A program made the translations under genes and the position numbers. From Candidatus Latescibacterota bacterium (GTDB taxonomy: Bacteria; Latescibacterota; UBA2968), in NCBI GenBank assembly GCA_965204745.1, contig OZ242010.1, forward strand, positions 2,272,001-2,336,000: a stretch of 64,000 nt of DNA, read 5' to 3'. Shown here in pieces: positions 1-10,916 of this stretch. A model generated the notes under the pieces. That model worked only from the letters and a program-made list of their open reading frames with translations. It searched no databases and was not told the DNA's origin. Within the stretch, counting starts at the first letter, position 1, and each line of letters starts with the position of its first letter.

Positions 1-674
1 ATGCCGCCGGATCGGTGACAGGGCACGCATTTTTGTTGCAAAATGGGCGCGACCTCTCGGGCGTAGGAAATCCGCTCGTGTCTCGCCTTGTCTTTGCCCG
101 GCAAGGCGATGAGGCAACCGGGCGATGCGATGGCTTTGCGGACGATTTCCCCGCCTGCGAGATGGGCGCGCAGGGCATCGGCGAGATAATGCGCGGACGC
201 GCTCGGCTTTTGCGCTTCGTAATGCAGGCGATCATCGATCGGCCCTCGGTACGCGACTCGCCACGTCTTGGGATCGATCAGGATGGCCTCAGCCGTGCGG
301 CGCAATTCGAGCGATTCCGCGACGAGTTGCGCTTCGTCAACGAGGATAGGATAGTCGAGCGAGAACGCCTCGGCTTCTCGGCGGATGCGTTCGCGGTCGT
401 CCTGCAAATTGGCATTGAGCATGAAAAACCGCACGCCCTTGGGCGCGTACTCATCGCGCAGCGCGTTGAGGCTATGCACGGCATTGCGAACGATGGGACA
501 CCCATTGCCCTGCACGAACAAGACAATCGCAGCAGCATCCGCATGCGCGTAAAGCGTGTGAAACTCGCCCCGCTGGTCATACAAGCCAAAATCGTCGACG
601 ACGATATCCGCGGATTGCGGCGGTTCGAGGGTCGCGCACCCGAAAAGAAAAAGAATGAAAAACAGGTATTTCAT
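1..674 (-). CDS. Redoxin/thioredoxin-like domain plus cytochrome c lipoprotein (partial, runs off window start)
   Basis: Manual translation, not in the ORF track: MKYLFFILFLFGC (lipobox), GNGCP, PILVDEAQ, YRGPIDDR, SYAREVAPILQQKCVPCH (CxxCH). GGAG RBS upstream. Confidence 0.8.
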   Translation of the reverse strand, partial: MKYLFFILFLFGCATLEPPQSADIVVDDFGLYDQRGEFHTLYAHADAAAIVLFVQGNGCPIVRNAVHSLNALRDEYAPKGVRFFMLNANLQDDRERIRREAEAFSLDYPILVDEAQLVAESLELRRTAEAILIDPKTWRVAYRGPIDDRLHYEAQKPSASAHYLADALRAHLAGGEIVRKAIASPGCLIALPGKDKARHERISYAREVAPILQQKCVPCHRSGG

Positions 675-749
675 AAAAAAACTCCTTATGCCCATTTTGA
701 CGTTACGCGCAGATTAAAATGTGTTGCTTGCTGATTTAATGCGTTTGGT

Positions 750-985
750 CCTTTGATGGCTTAGGTTGCTCTGATGGCGTTTTGCGAGGGGACCTATCCC
801 CCGGCCCCTTTCCTACGAGGAAAGGGGAGTAAAGCTCCTTTGATGGCTTATATCAATGGCTGTTTTTAAGAGCGTTGCGCGAGGGCATAAAGCGATTGAA
901 AATCCCTCATCAATCCCCTCGCAAAACCGCTCACAGTTCCCCCCCTTCCTCGCAGGAAGGGGGGTTAGGGGGGTAGGTCCCGATA
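750..985. repeat. REP-like palindromic intergenic repeat (family A)
   Basis: GGGGACCTATCCCCCGGCCCCTTTCCTACGAGGAAAGGGG core; reverse-orientation homologue of the copies at 9050-9656 and 42568-42925. Confidence 0.85.
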
Positions 986-998
986 AGGAGCGACTATT

Positions 999-1086
999 CC
1001 AGTTTCTCAAACCGAGAGCATATTCTGCGATAGAGCTTGATTTTCTCGATAAACCGCTCAAGCCAGTTGCTTTGCTCGTAAATGTC
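999..1086 (-). pseudogene. 88-bp IS5-family transposase C-terminal remnant (copy 1)
   Basis: Translates DIYEQSNWLERFIEKIKLYRRICSRFEKL, resembling the IS5 YxxRxxxERxFxKxKxxRRIxxRxxK motif. Second copy at 55461-55548. Confidence 0.65.
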
Positions 1087-1093
1087 CTTTCTG

Positions 1094-1984
1094 TCAATAC
1101 CCCTCATTACGCAACAACTCCAGCACCCGGTCGAGGTCGTCGTTGCTGTAAAATTCGATTTCAATTTTTCCCTTGGACCCCCTGCGGTTGATGTTGACGG
1201 ACGTGCCAAAATAACGTTGGAGGTCTTCTTCCAGCGACAGCAGGTTGGGGTCTTTGTTCGGCGTGGGCTTCTTTTTGTTCGCCTTTTCTTTTAAGGCTTT
1301 GACGATAGTCTCTGTGCGCCGAACCGACAGCCCCTGCGCCATGATCTGCTCGCACAGCGCGATTTGCTGATCCGCATTGTCGAGTCCGAGCAAGGTGCGG
1401 GCGTGACCCGCGGATATTTGCCCGGCTTGCAGGGCATCGAGAACCTCGGCTGCCAATGCGAGGAGGCGCAAGGTATTGGCAATGGTGGAGCGGTCCTTGC
1501 CCACGCGCTGTGCGACCTCGTCCTGCGTGAGAAAACACTCGTCGATGAGCATGCGATAGGCTTTGGCTTCTTCGATGGGGTTGAGATTTTCCCGCTGGAT
1601 ATTTTCGATCAGCGAGAGCTCCATCATTTCTTGATCCGTCCCCACATCCATCACAATCGCGGGCACGACCGCGCACTCGGCCTGACGCGCAGCGCGAAAC
1701 CGCCGCTCGCCCGCGATCAACTGATAGCCCGATCCATACCGCCGCACGGCAATGGGCTGGAGAATGCCCTTCTCCCGAATCGATTGTGCCAGTTCGCTCA
1801 CGGCTTTGGGATCGAAATCCGTGCGCGGTTGATGCGGATTCGGTTCGATCTCATCGATGGGGATTTCCAAAATTTGCCGATGGCCCTGCGCCGCGTGAGA
1901 CGGATGGCTCTCCGCGATAGCGGTGTCCGCGGCGCCGGGAATGAGCGCACCCAAACCCTTGCCTAGGGCAGTGCGTTTAGCCAT
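1094..1984 (-). CDS. parB: Chromosome partitioning protein ParB
   Basis: [41 protein letters not shown] and HTH; overlaps parA. Confidence 0.96.
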   Translation of the reverse strand: MAKRTALGKGLGALIPGAADTAIAESHPSHAAQGHRQILEIPIDEIEPNPHQPRTDFDPKAVSELAQSIREKGILQPIAVRRYGSGYQLIAGERRFRAARQAECAVVPAIVMDVGTDQEMMELSLIENIQRENLNPIEEAKAYRMLIDECFLTQDEVAQRVGKDRSTIANTLRLLALAAEVLDALQAGQISAGHARTLLGLDNADQQIALCEQIMAQGLSVRRTETIVKALKEKANKKKPTPNKDPNLLSLEEDLQRYFGTSVNINRRGSKGKIEIEFYSNDDLDRVLELLRNEGY

Positions 1985-2738
1985 TGATGACCTCCCCGGC
2001 CAAGTTCATGTAATTTTGCGCGCCGGCCGACAGAATATCGTAGAGGATGATGGGTTTGCCAAAGCTAGGGGCTTCGCCGAGTTTGACGTTGCGCGTGATC
2101 ACCGTGTTGTACACGCGGTCTCCAAAGTGCGATTTGGTCTCTGCGGCCACTTGGCGCGACAAGTTGAGGCGACCGTCGTACATGGTGAGCAAAACGCCTT
2201 CGATAGTGAGGTGATGGTTGAGGTGCTGCTGTACGAGGCGCAAGGTGTTGAGCAACTTGCTCAATCCCTCGAGCGCGTAGTACTCGCATTGGATGGGGAT
2301 GAGCACGGAATCGGCGGCGGTCAGCGCGTTGAGCGTGAGCAACCCGAGCGAGGGCGGGCAGTCGATGATGATGAAATCATACGTGTTGCACGCAGGTGCG
2401 AGGGCGGTTTTGAGGCGTTGTTCCCGCGAAATCACAGACACCATCTCCACTTCCGCACCCGTCAGGCGAATGTGCGAGGGCGCGATGCCGAGAAAGGGCA
2501 ACTCGCTCTGGCTGATCACCTCCGACAAGGGCACGTCATCGAGGAGCACCTCGTACACGCAGGGCGTCTGGTCATCCACCACAATGCCGCACCCGCTAGA
2601 CGCATTGGCTTGCGGGTCCAAGTCGAGCAACAGGGTTTTCTTTTCCGCAGCGGCCAAACACGCCGCCAAGTTGACGGCCGTCGTGGTCTTGCCCACGCCG
2701 CCTTTCTGATTGGCTATGGCTATGATGCGAGCAGGCAT
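1977..2738 (-). CDS. parA: Chromosome partitioning ATPase ParA/Soj
   Basis: [40 protein letters not shown]; start placed at MPARII (2738). Confidence 0.96.
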   Translation of the reverse strand: MPARIIAIANQKGGVGKTTTAVNLAACLAAAEKKTLLLDLDPQANASSGCGIVVDDQTPCVYEVLLDDVPLSEVISQSELPFLGIAPSHIRLTGAEVEMVSVISREQRLKTALAPACNTYDFIIIDCPPSLGLLTLNALTAADSVLIPIQCEYYALEGLSKLLNTLRLVQQHLNHHLTIEGVLLTMYDGRLNLSRQVAAETKSHFGDRVYNTVITRNVKLGEAPSFGKPIILYDILSAGAQNYMNLAGEVING

Positions 2739-2955
2739 AATGAAATCCCGTAAATTCACAACGACGTTCAAAGTCGAAAAAATATAGGTTAAGCACGGGG
2801 AAAAATCAAGCGCGGGCATAACGCCCCAACTTGACACACACACCCCAAAATCGGGGATATTGAGATGAGATTGACAACTTGACAAAAACGCGGAGAAAGG
2901 AGCGTTTGTCGTGACCGATTTGAGCAGAGAGACCGCCGCTTACAAATACAACCCA

Positions 2956-3557
2956 ATGGCAACATGGGATGATGACGTAACTGTGCCCAAGTTCAAAGAG
3001 CGCAAGACCACTCAGGTCGCGGCATTGCTCGCGCAGAATTGCAGCGGGGAAATCGATCTTTACAAGTTGGTTAAGCTCATCTATCTCATCGACCGAGAAA
3101 CCCTGAAGTGTTGGGGCCGACCAGTGACTTTTGATCGCCCGTTCAACCTTCCTTTGGGGCCAACGCCGAGCGCGACTTATGATATGGTTCGTCATCCAGC
3201 GAAAGGGCGGTATTGGTCTTCGTCATCATCTCTCTGTCCAGAGATCCCGAGCGCCATGTCTTCGCAGCTCCTCAGCACAACGTCATTAGATTGATCTCGC
3301 CCGATACGGGTGTTGATGAACTCTCTCAAGCCGAGATCGACTTGGTGCAAGAGGTCTTTCGAGAATTTGGACACAAAAGTTTTGGGGAATTGAAAAGTTA
3401 CGTACACGCTTTGCCCGAATTTAGGGATCCGGGCGAATCGTCTGAACCTATAGGATGGGATACATTACTCCGCGCAGTGGGCTGGAAAGGCGAGGATTTA
3501 GAAGAGATCAAACGAGAACTTGAAGCGAGTGCTAAATTTGAAAGCGCGATTGGATAA
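2956..3557 (+). pseudogene. DUF4065 (SocA/Panacea)-type antitoxin, split by a frameshift near 3215-3255
   Basis: Frame 1 has KLVKLIYLIDR...LPLGP; frame 2 has ELSQAEIDLVQEVFREFG...YVHALPEF. The two halves are in overlapping frames. Confidence 0.75.
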
Positions 3558-3590
3558 ACATGGATTTGGCAGGCACATGCGTCATTCATC

Positions 3591-3640
3591 ACAACAAACG
3601 CCCGCTCTCTCATGCGAAAGCGGGCACTGTTGTTTTTTTG
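3591..3640. terminator. Probable bidirectional intrinsic terminator
   Basis: GCCCGCT...AGCGGGC stem with ACAACA/TGTTGT extension and a T-run, between convergent genes. Confidence 0.6.
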
Positions 3641-3655
3641 GAATGAGAGATGAAC

Positions 3656-6289
3656 TTACTCTGCCAGCGCGGCGTGGGCCGCGGCGAGGCGGGCGATAGG
3701 CACGCGGAAGGGCGAGCAGGAGACGTAGTCCATGCCGATATTGTGGCAGAAATGCACAGAGGCAGGGTCCCCGCCGTGTTCGCCGCAGATGCCCACCTTG
3801 AGGTCTGCGCGGGCATGGCGACCGGTTTGCGTGCCGAGTTTGACGAGTTGCCCCACGCCGGTTTGGTCGAGGGTTTGGAAGGGATCGTTTTCCAAAATGC
3901 CCTTCTCCACGTATTCGCCCAGGAATTTGCCCGCGTCGTCGCGCGAGTACCCATAGGTCATCTGCGTGAGGTCGTTGGTGCCAAAGGAAAAAAAGTGTGC
4001 GTGTTCCGCAATCTCCGCAGCGGTGAGGGCCGCGCGGGGAATCTCGATCATCGTGCCCACCAAATACGAGACGCATGTGCCCGTCTCTCTCGCCACGTCG
4101 CGGGCCACGCGATCCGTCATCTCCTTGAGTTCGGTGAACTCCTTGACCGCGCCAACCAGGGGAATCATGATCTCGGGAACGGCTTTGTCCCCCACATTCG
4201 CGGCGGCTTCCAAAATGGCGCGCACCTGCATCTCGTAAATTTCCGGATAGGTAATGCCCAACCGACACCCGCGATGCCCGAGCATGGGGTTAAATTCATC
4301 GAGGGACTCGACCTTGTCTTGAATGACGCGCAAAGACGTATCCAGGCGCCGCGCCATTTCGCGTTGCTGATCGCTCTCGTGCGGCAAAAACTCGTGCAGG
4401 GGCGGGTCGAGCAGGCGAACGGTCACGGGCAACCCGGCCATCGCATTGAAAATCCCCTCAAAATCGCCGCGCTGAATGGGCAACAATTTTTCCAAAGCGC
4501 GGCGGCGCCCCGCTTCGTCATCCGCCAAAATCATCTCGCGCACGATATTGATGCGGTCGCCTTCAAAAAACATGTGCTCGGTGCGGCACAGGCCAATGCC
4601 CTCGGCGCCAAACTCGCGGGCAACCGCTGAATCGCGTGGCGTGTCCGCATTGGTACGCACCTCGAGGTTGCGAATCTCGTCTGCCCAGGCCATCAACGTG
4701 GCAAAATCGCCCGAAAGCTCCGGCTCTTGCGTGGGCACGCGACCGAGCATCACTTCGCCCGTCGAACCGTCTATCGAGACCCAGTCCCCGGCTTTGACGA
4801 CCACATCGCGGACCGCAAACTGATTCGCGTTGTAATCAATCGCCAAATCGCCGCAGCCGGCCACGCAACACTTGCCCATGCCGCGCGCCACCACAGCGGC
4901 GTGAGAGGTCATGCCCCCGCGCGCCGTGAGAATGCCCTGCGCGGCGTTCATGCCCCCAATGTCTTCGGGCGACGTTTCGAGGCGCACCAACAAAACCCGT
5001 TCGCCCTGTGCCGCGGCTTCTTCGGCTTCTTCGGCGAGAAAAACGACTTTGCCCGAGGCCGCGCCCGGGGACGCGGGCAAGCCCACGGCCAGCACCTGTC
5101 GTTCGGCGTTGGGGTCGAAGGTGGGATGCAGGAGTTGGTCGAGTTGCCCCGGTTCGACGCGCTGCACGGCTTCCCGTTGCGTAATCAATCCCTCCCCGAC
5201 CATGTCGACGGCAATTTTCACCGCGGCGGCGGCGGTGCGCTTGCCATTGCGGGTTTGCAACATCCACAACTTGCTCTGTTGCACAGTAAATTCGATATCC
5301 TGCATATCGCGGTAGTGCTTTTCCAGCGTTTGATAAATGCCCTCAAGGGTCTGATACGCGCCGGGCAACTCGCGCGCCATTTTCGCCACCGGCTCGGGCG
5401 TCCGCACGCCTGCGACCACGTCCTCGCCCTGGGCATTGGTGAGAAACTCGCCGTAAAATGCGTTTTCACCCGTGGAGGGATCGCGGGTAAATGCAACCCC
5501 GGTGGCGCAGTCGTCGCCCATGTTGCCATAGACCATCGCCTGCACATTGACCGCCGTGCCCCAGTCTGCGGGAATATCGTTCAGCCTGCGATAGGTAATC
5601 GCGCGATCCGCCTGCCACGAGCCGAACACCGCGCCAATCCCGCCCCAGAGTTGCTCCACCGGGTCCGTGGGAAAATCTCGCCCCGTGCGGTTTCGGACGA
5701 TGGCTTTGAACATGTCAACCAGCGTCTTGAGATCATCCACTGTCATGTCGAGGTCGTCTTCAATGCCGCGCTTTTTCTTGACTTCATCAATGGCGACTTC
5801 AAAGGGGTCCAACTCCCTGCCTTCTGCGGCCACGCCCATCACCACATCGCCATACGTCTGAATAAACCGGCGATAGGAGTCCCATCCAAAGCGCGGGTTG
5901 TCGGTGCGGGCGATGAGACCTTCGGTGATCGCGTCATTGAGGCCCAGGTTGAGCACGGTCTCCATCATGCCGGGCATGGAAACGCGCGCGCCCGACCGCA
6001 CGGACAAGAGCAACGGGTTTGCCGCATCCCCGAATTTGCCGCCCATCACCTGCTCGATTTTGGACACATTGTCCAACACCTGTGCTTTGAGCGCGGGGGG
6101 ATAGGTTTCGCCGTGGTCGTAGTAATACGTACACACTTCGGTGGTGATGGTGAACCCGGCCGGCACCGGAATGCCCAAACCCGACATCTCTGCCAGATTC
6201 GCGCCCTTGCCACCGAGCAAGTTCCGCATGTCCGCCGCGCCTTCGGCCTTGCCATCGCCAAAAAAATAAACGTACTTTTCGTTCGCCAT
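3656..6289 (-). CDS. ppdK: Pyruvate, phosphate dikinase
   Basis: [58 protein letters not shown]. Confidence 0.98.
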   Translation of the reverse strand: MANEKYVYFFGDGKAEGAADMRNLLGGKGANLAEMSGLGIPVPAGFTITTEVCTYYYDHGETYPPALKAQVLDNVSKIEQVMGGKFGDAANPLLLSVRSGARVSMPGMMETVLNLGLNDAITEGLIARTDNPRFGWDSYRRFIQTYGDVVMGVAAEGRELDPFEVAIDEVKKKRGIEDDLDMTVDDLKTLVDMFKAIVRNRTGRDFPTDPVEQLWGGIGAVFGSWQADRAITYRRLNDIPADWGTAVNVQAMVYGNMGDDCATGVAFTRDPSTGENAFYGEFLTNAQGEDVVAGVRTPEPVAKMARELPGAYQTLEGIYQTLEKHYRDMQDIEFTVQQSKLWMLQTRNGKRTAAAAVKIAVDMVGEGLITQREAVQRVEPGQLDQLLHPTFDPNAERQVLAVGLPASPGAASGKVVFLAEEAEEAAAQGERVLLVRLETSPEDIGGMNAAQGILTARGGMTSHAAVVARGMGKCCVAGCGDLAIDYNANQFAVRDVVVKAGDWVSIDGSTGEVMLGRVPTQEPELSGDFATLMAWADEIRNLEVRTNADTPRDSAVAREFGAEGIGLCRTEHMFFEGDRINIVREMILADDEAGRRRALEKLLPIQRGDFEGIFNAMAGLPVTVRLLDPPLHEFLPHESDQQREMARRLDTSLRVIQDKVESLDEFNPMLGHRGCRLGITYPEIYEMQVRAILEAAANVGDKAVPEIMIPLVGAVKEFTELKEMTDRVARDVARETGTCVSYLVGTMIEIPRAALTAAEIAEHAHFFSFGTNDLTQMTYGYSRDDAGKFLGEYVEKGILENDPFQTLDQTGVGQLVKLGTQTGRHARADLKVGICGEHGGDPASVHFCHNIGMDYVSCSPFRVPIARLAAAHAALAE

Positions 6290-6412
6290 TGCATCCTCCA
6301 AAAGGGTTCATATCGAGGCACAATCATGTGCCGAGGTCAGGTCAAAACATATAACAGCACAAAAAAACGAGCAAGGATTTTGTGAAAAAGAAAAGGCAAA
6401 GCAACCACATAA

Positions 6413-6860
6413 TACCAATTTGATTTGATTTTATATCCGCATCCTGCCTCATATCAGGGATGAATGAGGAACAGACATTGCTTGTCTAAAGCGTTTAGCC
6501 CTAAAGCCTCGTTGGTTGCCTTTGATGCCTTCGGCGACTTACTTTTTTTCAACAGCAAAAAAAGTAAGCGAGCGGGGTACAACTGCCCCAGCAGTTCAAA
6601 AATGCCGCTCTCAAACGCCGAGAGGCTTGCACAGCGCAAATCGCTTTTGTAACAGGACGATATGCGCCGGCCTGCAAAGTGGGTTGCATAATGGATGTTG
6701 GTTGCGAGACGGCCTTGCGCGCTGTGCGTGATGGCTTTAGCTGATGGTCTTTTGCGATGGCATGGTTGCGATGGCTTCTCTAAATGACTGCGGAACGCAA
6801 GGGTATCACGGACTAGTAGCATACCGCATCACATTAGGACAATAACAATTCAATTTGGTA
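6413..6860. mobile_element. MITE of about 450 bp with terminal inverted repeats and TAA target duplication
   Basis: Ends TACCAATTTGATTTG / CAATTCAATTTGGTA, with TAA on both flanks. Interior is homologous to 15975-16326. No credible ORF. Confidence 0.75.
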
Positions 6861-6869
6861 TAAGAACGC

Positions 6870-8972
6870 TCACAGGTTGATTTCAAACGCGCAGTAGAGG
6901 CCGAAGGGGGCCGCGGGGATGATGGAGGGGGCCGGACCGCCAAAGCCTTGGGTGTCGTATTTTTGATCGGTCAGGTTTTTGGCGTTGATGCGGAAGGTCA
7001 CGCGCTTGTAAGTGTGCGATGCCGAGGCGTCCCACGTCCACACAGCCGCGATTTGGTACTCATTGTCCGGGGCGATGAACTGGCGGGTGACGTAGCGCGT
7101 GCCGAGGCCAAATTCCAAGCCATTATCCCAACCGATGGCGGTCCACACGTTGAGAATGTGGCGCGGGGAAAAGGCGGGCGCGTTTCCGGATCGGTCGGTG
7201 GGCTGATAGACGACGCCGGTTTGCGTGAACACGGGAACGATTTCCGCGAACCGGGTGAGCGTGGCATCGGAAAATGCGTAGGACAAAAAGGTGTGCCAGT
7301 TTCGCACCGGGCGCAGCATCACTTCGAGTTCGATGCCGCGAGATCGCTGGTCGCCCTCTTGTTGGGTGATGCCCGTGGCGTCGGGAATGGCGATGTTGTT
7401 TTTGGTCAAATTGTAAAACGCGACAGAGGCGTGCAAGCGGTTGTCCATGAGGTATTTTTTCGCGCCCACTTCAATTTGCGCGCTCTCTTCGGTTTGCCGA
7501 GGGCCGGCGACTCGGGTGGAGGGCGGGGCAAAGGCCCTGCCCGCATTGGCGTAAAACGAGAGGTCCGCAGTCGGCGAGAACACCAGCCCGGCCATGGGAC
7601 TCAGTTTATTGTACTCTCGCGCCGTGTTTGTGAGGGGGTCGTCGTAATCGATGCGGTCGTAGCGCGCGCCGAGGAAGGCTTGAGCGCGGTCCGAAAAGGC
7701 CATGCGGTTCACGATGTAGGGCGCGATGACCAGACTTCTGGCATCCGCGAATTGGTACGGGGAGCTTTCGGGCAACTGGCTCGCGGTTTCCGTGGGCGAG
7801 GCCAGGTCAATGGGGAGCAGATTGGCTGTGTCTAAGGTGAATTTGTCTTTCCACTGCATCAGTTCTAGCCCTGCCAACAAGGTGTGTTCAACGCGGCCGG
7901 TTGAGAATGTGAACAGCAATTCGGCCTGATTGCCCAAGACTTTTTGGCGGTCGTCCAAGAGCAACAAGGTGCGGTAGATGTCCAACCCCTGCTGGGCATT
8001 GGGGAAAATGGCACTGAACAAGGTGCCGTCCGATACCCACGAGAAATCCGTGTAATAGAGTTTGTCGCGCAAGGTGACGCGCTTGGACAGGCGAGATTGC
8101 ACATCGAATCGGGCGCGGTAAATTTTTTGGTCGGACGTGTCAAAGGGCGATTGGTACGACTGCGTGCGCGGCACTTCGGCCACGCTTCCGTTGACGATGG
8201 GCAGGCCCGAGTCCGGTTTGTATTTGCTCGTGACGTATTCAAAATTGACGGTCGCGGTGGTGTTGTCATCGACCCGCCAGGTCGCGGCCGGGTTGATGGC
8301 CCACAAGCCGCTGTTTTTGTCGTCTCGGTACCCGTTGGAAACTTGGCGCAGGGCATTGACGCGCAGGGCCGTGCCGCGTTCCAAATTCGCCCAGTTGCCG
8401 TCTATGGTGCCGCGCCCCGTGTTGTACGGGCCGTAAGAACCCGTCACTTGGAGGGCGTTTGAGAAAATGGGTTGTTTGCGGCTCAAGTTGACCGATCCAG
8501 ACAGGGGGTTGCCCCCGTATAAAAACGCGCCCGGGCCTTTGAGCACTTCCACGCGCTCCAAGTTGTAGAGGTGGTAAAATGTGGCTTCTGGCTCAGACGC
8601 GCCATCGGTGAGCACCAAGCCGCTGGTGAGCGAATCGAACCCGCGAATGACGAAGAAATCCGTGACTCCAGAGATGGTTTGGATGTTGACGCCGCTGATG
8701 TTTCGCAGCGCGTCTCCCAAAACCACGCCGCTTTGATGCTCGAACAAGCCGTGATTGACCACGCCGATGCTGGCCGGGGTCAATCGGATGGGCACTGGGA
8801 TTTTGGTCGCCACCGTGCTGACCGTGGGGACTTTTTCCTTGCTCTCCGTCACCACGATCTCCTCGCCCGCATAAACGGGCAGTTCGCTTTCTTCTTCCGC
8901 GTCCTCTGCAAAGATGAGGTTTGTCGAGAGGCAGAGGATACAGGTCAGTGTGAAGAAGTGGCGGAGGTGCAT
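6870..8972 (-). CDS. TonB-dependent receptor
   Basis: Signal peptide, EEIVVT TonB box-like, ERVEVLKGPGAFLYG plug motif, beta-barrel pattern, NAKNLTDQKY near the C-terminus. Confidence 0.93.
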   Translation of the reverse strand: MHLRHFFTLTCILCLSTNLIFAEDAEEESELPVYAGEEIVVTESKEKVPTVSTVATKIPVPIRLTPASIGVVNHGLFEHQSGVVLGDALRNISGVNIQTISGVTDFFVIRGFDSLTSGLVLTDGASEPEATFYHLYNLERVEVLKGPGAFLYGGNPLSGSVNLSRKQPIFSNALQVTGSYGPYNTGRGTIDGNWANLERGTALRVNALRQVSNGYRDDKNSGLWAINPAATWRVDDNTTATVNFEYVTSKYKPDSGLPIVNGSVAEVPRTQSYQSPFDTSDQKIYRARFDVQSRLSKRVTLRDKLYYTDFSWVSDGTLFSAIFPNAQQGLDIYRTLLLLDDRQKVLGNQAELLFTFSTGRVEHTLLAGLELMQWKDKFTLDTANLLPIDLASPTETASQLPESSPYQFADARSLVIAPYIVNRMAFSDRAQAFLGARYDRIDYDDPLTNTAREYNKLSPMAGLVFSPTADLSFYANAGRAFAPPSTRVAGPRQTEESAQIEVGAKKYLMDNRLHASVAFYNLTKNNIAIPDATGITQQEGDQRSRGIELEVMLRPVRNWHTFLSYAFSDATLTRFAEIVPVFTQTGVVYQPTDRSGNAPAFSPRHILNVWTAIGWDNGLEFGLGTRYVTRQFIAPDNEYQIAAVWTWDASASHTYKRVTFRINAKNLTDQKYDTQGFGGPAPSIIPAAPFGLYCAFEINL

Positions 8973-9049
8973 GGAAATCTCCTTGGCGTAGTGGTTAGAC
9001 GGCTTAAACGGTTTATCGAGAAAATCAAGTCCTGACGTTCCGCAGTATC

Positions 9050-9656
9050 GGGGCCTACCCCCCTAGCCCCCGTTACTCGCTACGCTTCGTTGTAGGCTAC
9101 GCCTGTGCCTGCGAGGAAGGGGGGAACGGTGAGCGGTTTTGCGAAGGTATTGATGGGGTTTTTTAATCGCTTTATGCCCTATCGGGACCTACCCCCCTAG
9201 CCCCCCTTCCTGCGAGGAAGGGGGGAACAGTGAGCGGTTTTGCGAGGGCATTGATGAGGGTTTTTAATCGCCTTATCCCCTCGGTCAACGCCATCGGAGC
9301 AACCAGAGCGAGAAGCCATCAAAGGGACTTTACTCCCCTTTCCTCGTAGGAAAGGGGCCGGGGGATAGGTCCCCTCGCAAAACGCCATCAGAGCAACCAG
9401 AGCGAGAAGCCATCAAAGGCACTTTACTCTCCTTTCCTCATAGGAAAGGGGCCGGGGGATAGGTCCCCTCGCAAAACGCCATCAGAGCAACCAGACCGAG
9501 AAGCCATCAAAGGGATTTTACTCCCCTTTCCTCGTAGGAAAGGGGCCGGGGGATAGGTCCCCTCGCAAAACGCCATCAGAGCAACCAGACCGAGAAGCCA
9601 TCAAAGGGACTTTACTCCCCTTTCCTCGTAGGAAAGGGGCCGGGGGATAGGTCCCC
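9050..9656. repeat. REP-like family A cluster including four tandem 94-bp units (9290-9656)
   Basis: Units start at about 9290, 9384, 9478 and 9572; each has a CCCCTTTCCTCGTAGGAAAGGGG-type hairpin. Confidence 0.9.
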
Positions 9657-10868
9657 ATCCGATATATTCAAACACGCGATTTTGTGCATGTCGCGGATGA
9701 ACAATTTGCCGTTGGCGAGTGTGGGGGCGGTCCAGCAAGTGCCTGACAGGACTTGCGCGTTGGCTTTTTCGCGGAAGGCTTCGGGCGATGCCTCGGCCAG
9801 TGCGAGTTTGCCCTTGTCGCTCAAGATGATCAAATGCCCATCCGCGTAGATGAGCGATCCTTTGCCATACCCGCGCTGCCGCCACTGCTGTTCGCCCGTG
9901 CTGGCGTGGATACATTTTAGGTTCGAGTTGTCAAACCCGTAGAGGTAGTCGCCGAGCAAGATGGAGGTGCTGAAATGATTTTTCATGACGCGGCTTTCCC
10001 ACACTTTTGTGACGTTCAAGCCCTCGCCGCGTTGTTCGATTTGCAAGAGGGCCGCGCCGTGGTCGTAGCCCGAAGAAATGAAGATGCGATTTGGGGGCAC
10101 GACAATGGGCGTGGCGATGTTCAGGTCGTACTGGGTCTCCCAGGGAAATCGCCAGTAGAGCGCGCCATCGGCGGGCGAGAGGCCAACGGCTGCTTCGCCA
10201 GAGACAAAGACCACTTGGCGAGTGCCCGCGAGGGTCGTGGCGATGGGCGAGGAGTAGGATACGATGTCGTTTTGAGACGCCCATTTGATCTCCCCGGTTG
10301 TTTTGTCCAATGCGAGAAAGGTGCCGCGGCGCGCGCCGGTTTCCAAGAGCAGGAGGCCGTTTTCGACCAGCGGCGAAGTTGAAAACCCGAATCTCGGGAT
10401 GCGACTGCCCAATTCGTCGCGCAGGTTGACCTGCCACAATTTTTTGCCATCCCTGGCGTCGAGGGCGTACAACACGCCCGTCGCGCCGAGCACGAAGACC
10501 CGATTCTCATCCACAGTGGGTTGGGCCCGAGGGCCGTTCCCGCCCTGGCGTTCATGGAATTTGGCACCGGTTTTGAATCGCCAGATTTCCGCGCCGGTCG
10601 CTTCGTCGAGGCAGATGGCAAATTCGCTTTCGCGGTCAGAGAACATGGTATAGACCCGTCTATCGGCGACCGAGATCCCGGAAAAGCCCTCGCCGAGTTC
10701 TGTTTCCCAAACGACGGGCGGCCCGTCTGCGGGCCAAGTCGTCAACAGCCCGGTTTCAGATGAATGCCCAGTCCTATCAGGCCCAAGCCACTGCGGCCAG
10801 TCGGCATGCGCGAGATGAAACGAAAAACAAATTGCTATGGCGATGAACGAGTAATGCCGGTATGACAT
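9612..10868 (-). CDS. Secreted PQQ-binding-like (BamB-type) beta-propeller protein
   Basis: Signal peptide, DWPQWLGPDR, repeated ALDxxTGxxxW blades; last residues are encoded by the REP repeat. Confidence 0.9.
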   Translation of the reverse strand: MSYRHYSFIAIAICFSFHLAHADWPQWLGPDRTGHSSETGLLTTWPADGPPVVWETELGEGFSGISVADRRVYTMFSDRESEFAICLDEATGAEIWRFKTGAKFHERQGGNGPRAQPTVDENRVFVLGATGVLYALDARDGKKLWQVNLRDELGSRIPRFGFSTSPLVENGLLLLETGARRGTFLALDKTTGEIKWASQNDIVSYSSPIATTLAGTRQVVFVSGEAAVGLSPADGALYWRFPWETQYDLNIATPIVVPPNRIFISSGYDHGAALLQIEQRGEGLNVTKVWESRVMKNHFSTSILLGDYLYGFDNSNLKCIHASTGEQQWRQRGYGKGSLIYADGHLIILSDKGKLALAEASPEAFREKANAQVLSGTCWTAPTLANGKLFIRDMHKIACLNISDGDLSPGPFPTRKGE

Positions 10869-10916
10869 GATATTCTCCTGTAAAAAAAAATGAACAAGTG
10901 ACGCCTAAAATGCAAT

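Noticed and set aside
15-734. Plus-strand 239-aa ORF
   Set aside because: Antisense shadow of the minus-strand redoxin-cytochrome c gene.
680-2950. parS site or oriC/DnaA boxes near parAB
   Set aside because: No TGTTTCACGTGAAACA-like palindrome or TTATCCACA cluster was found by eye.
4727-6385. Long antisense ORFs (e.g. 552 aa opposite ppdK, 529 aa opposite the sulfatase)
   Set aside because: Shadow frames typical of high-GC codon usage; no motifs.
6454-6822. Small ORFs within the MITE copies
   Set aside because: Frames are not conserved between the two copies over their length, and there are no RBSs or motifs.
8973-9050. Cobalamin riboswitch or Fur box upstream of the TonB receptor
   Set aside because: The short leader lacks recognisable consensus; the rest of the gap is REP-like repeat.
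9290-9656. CRISPR array
   Set aside because: The 94-bp units are near-identical throughout with no unique spacers, and there are no cas genes.
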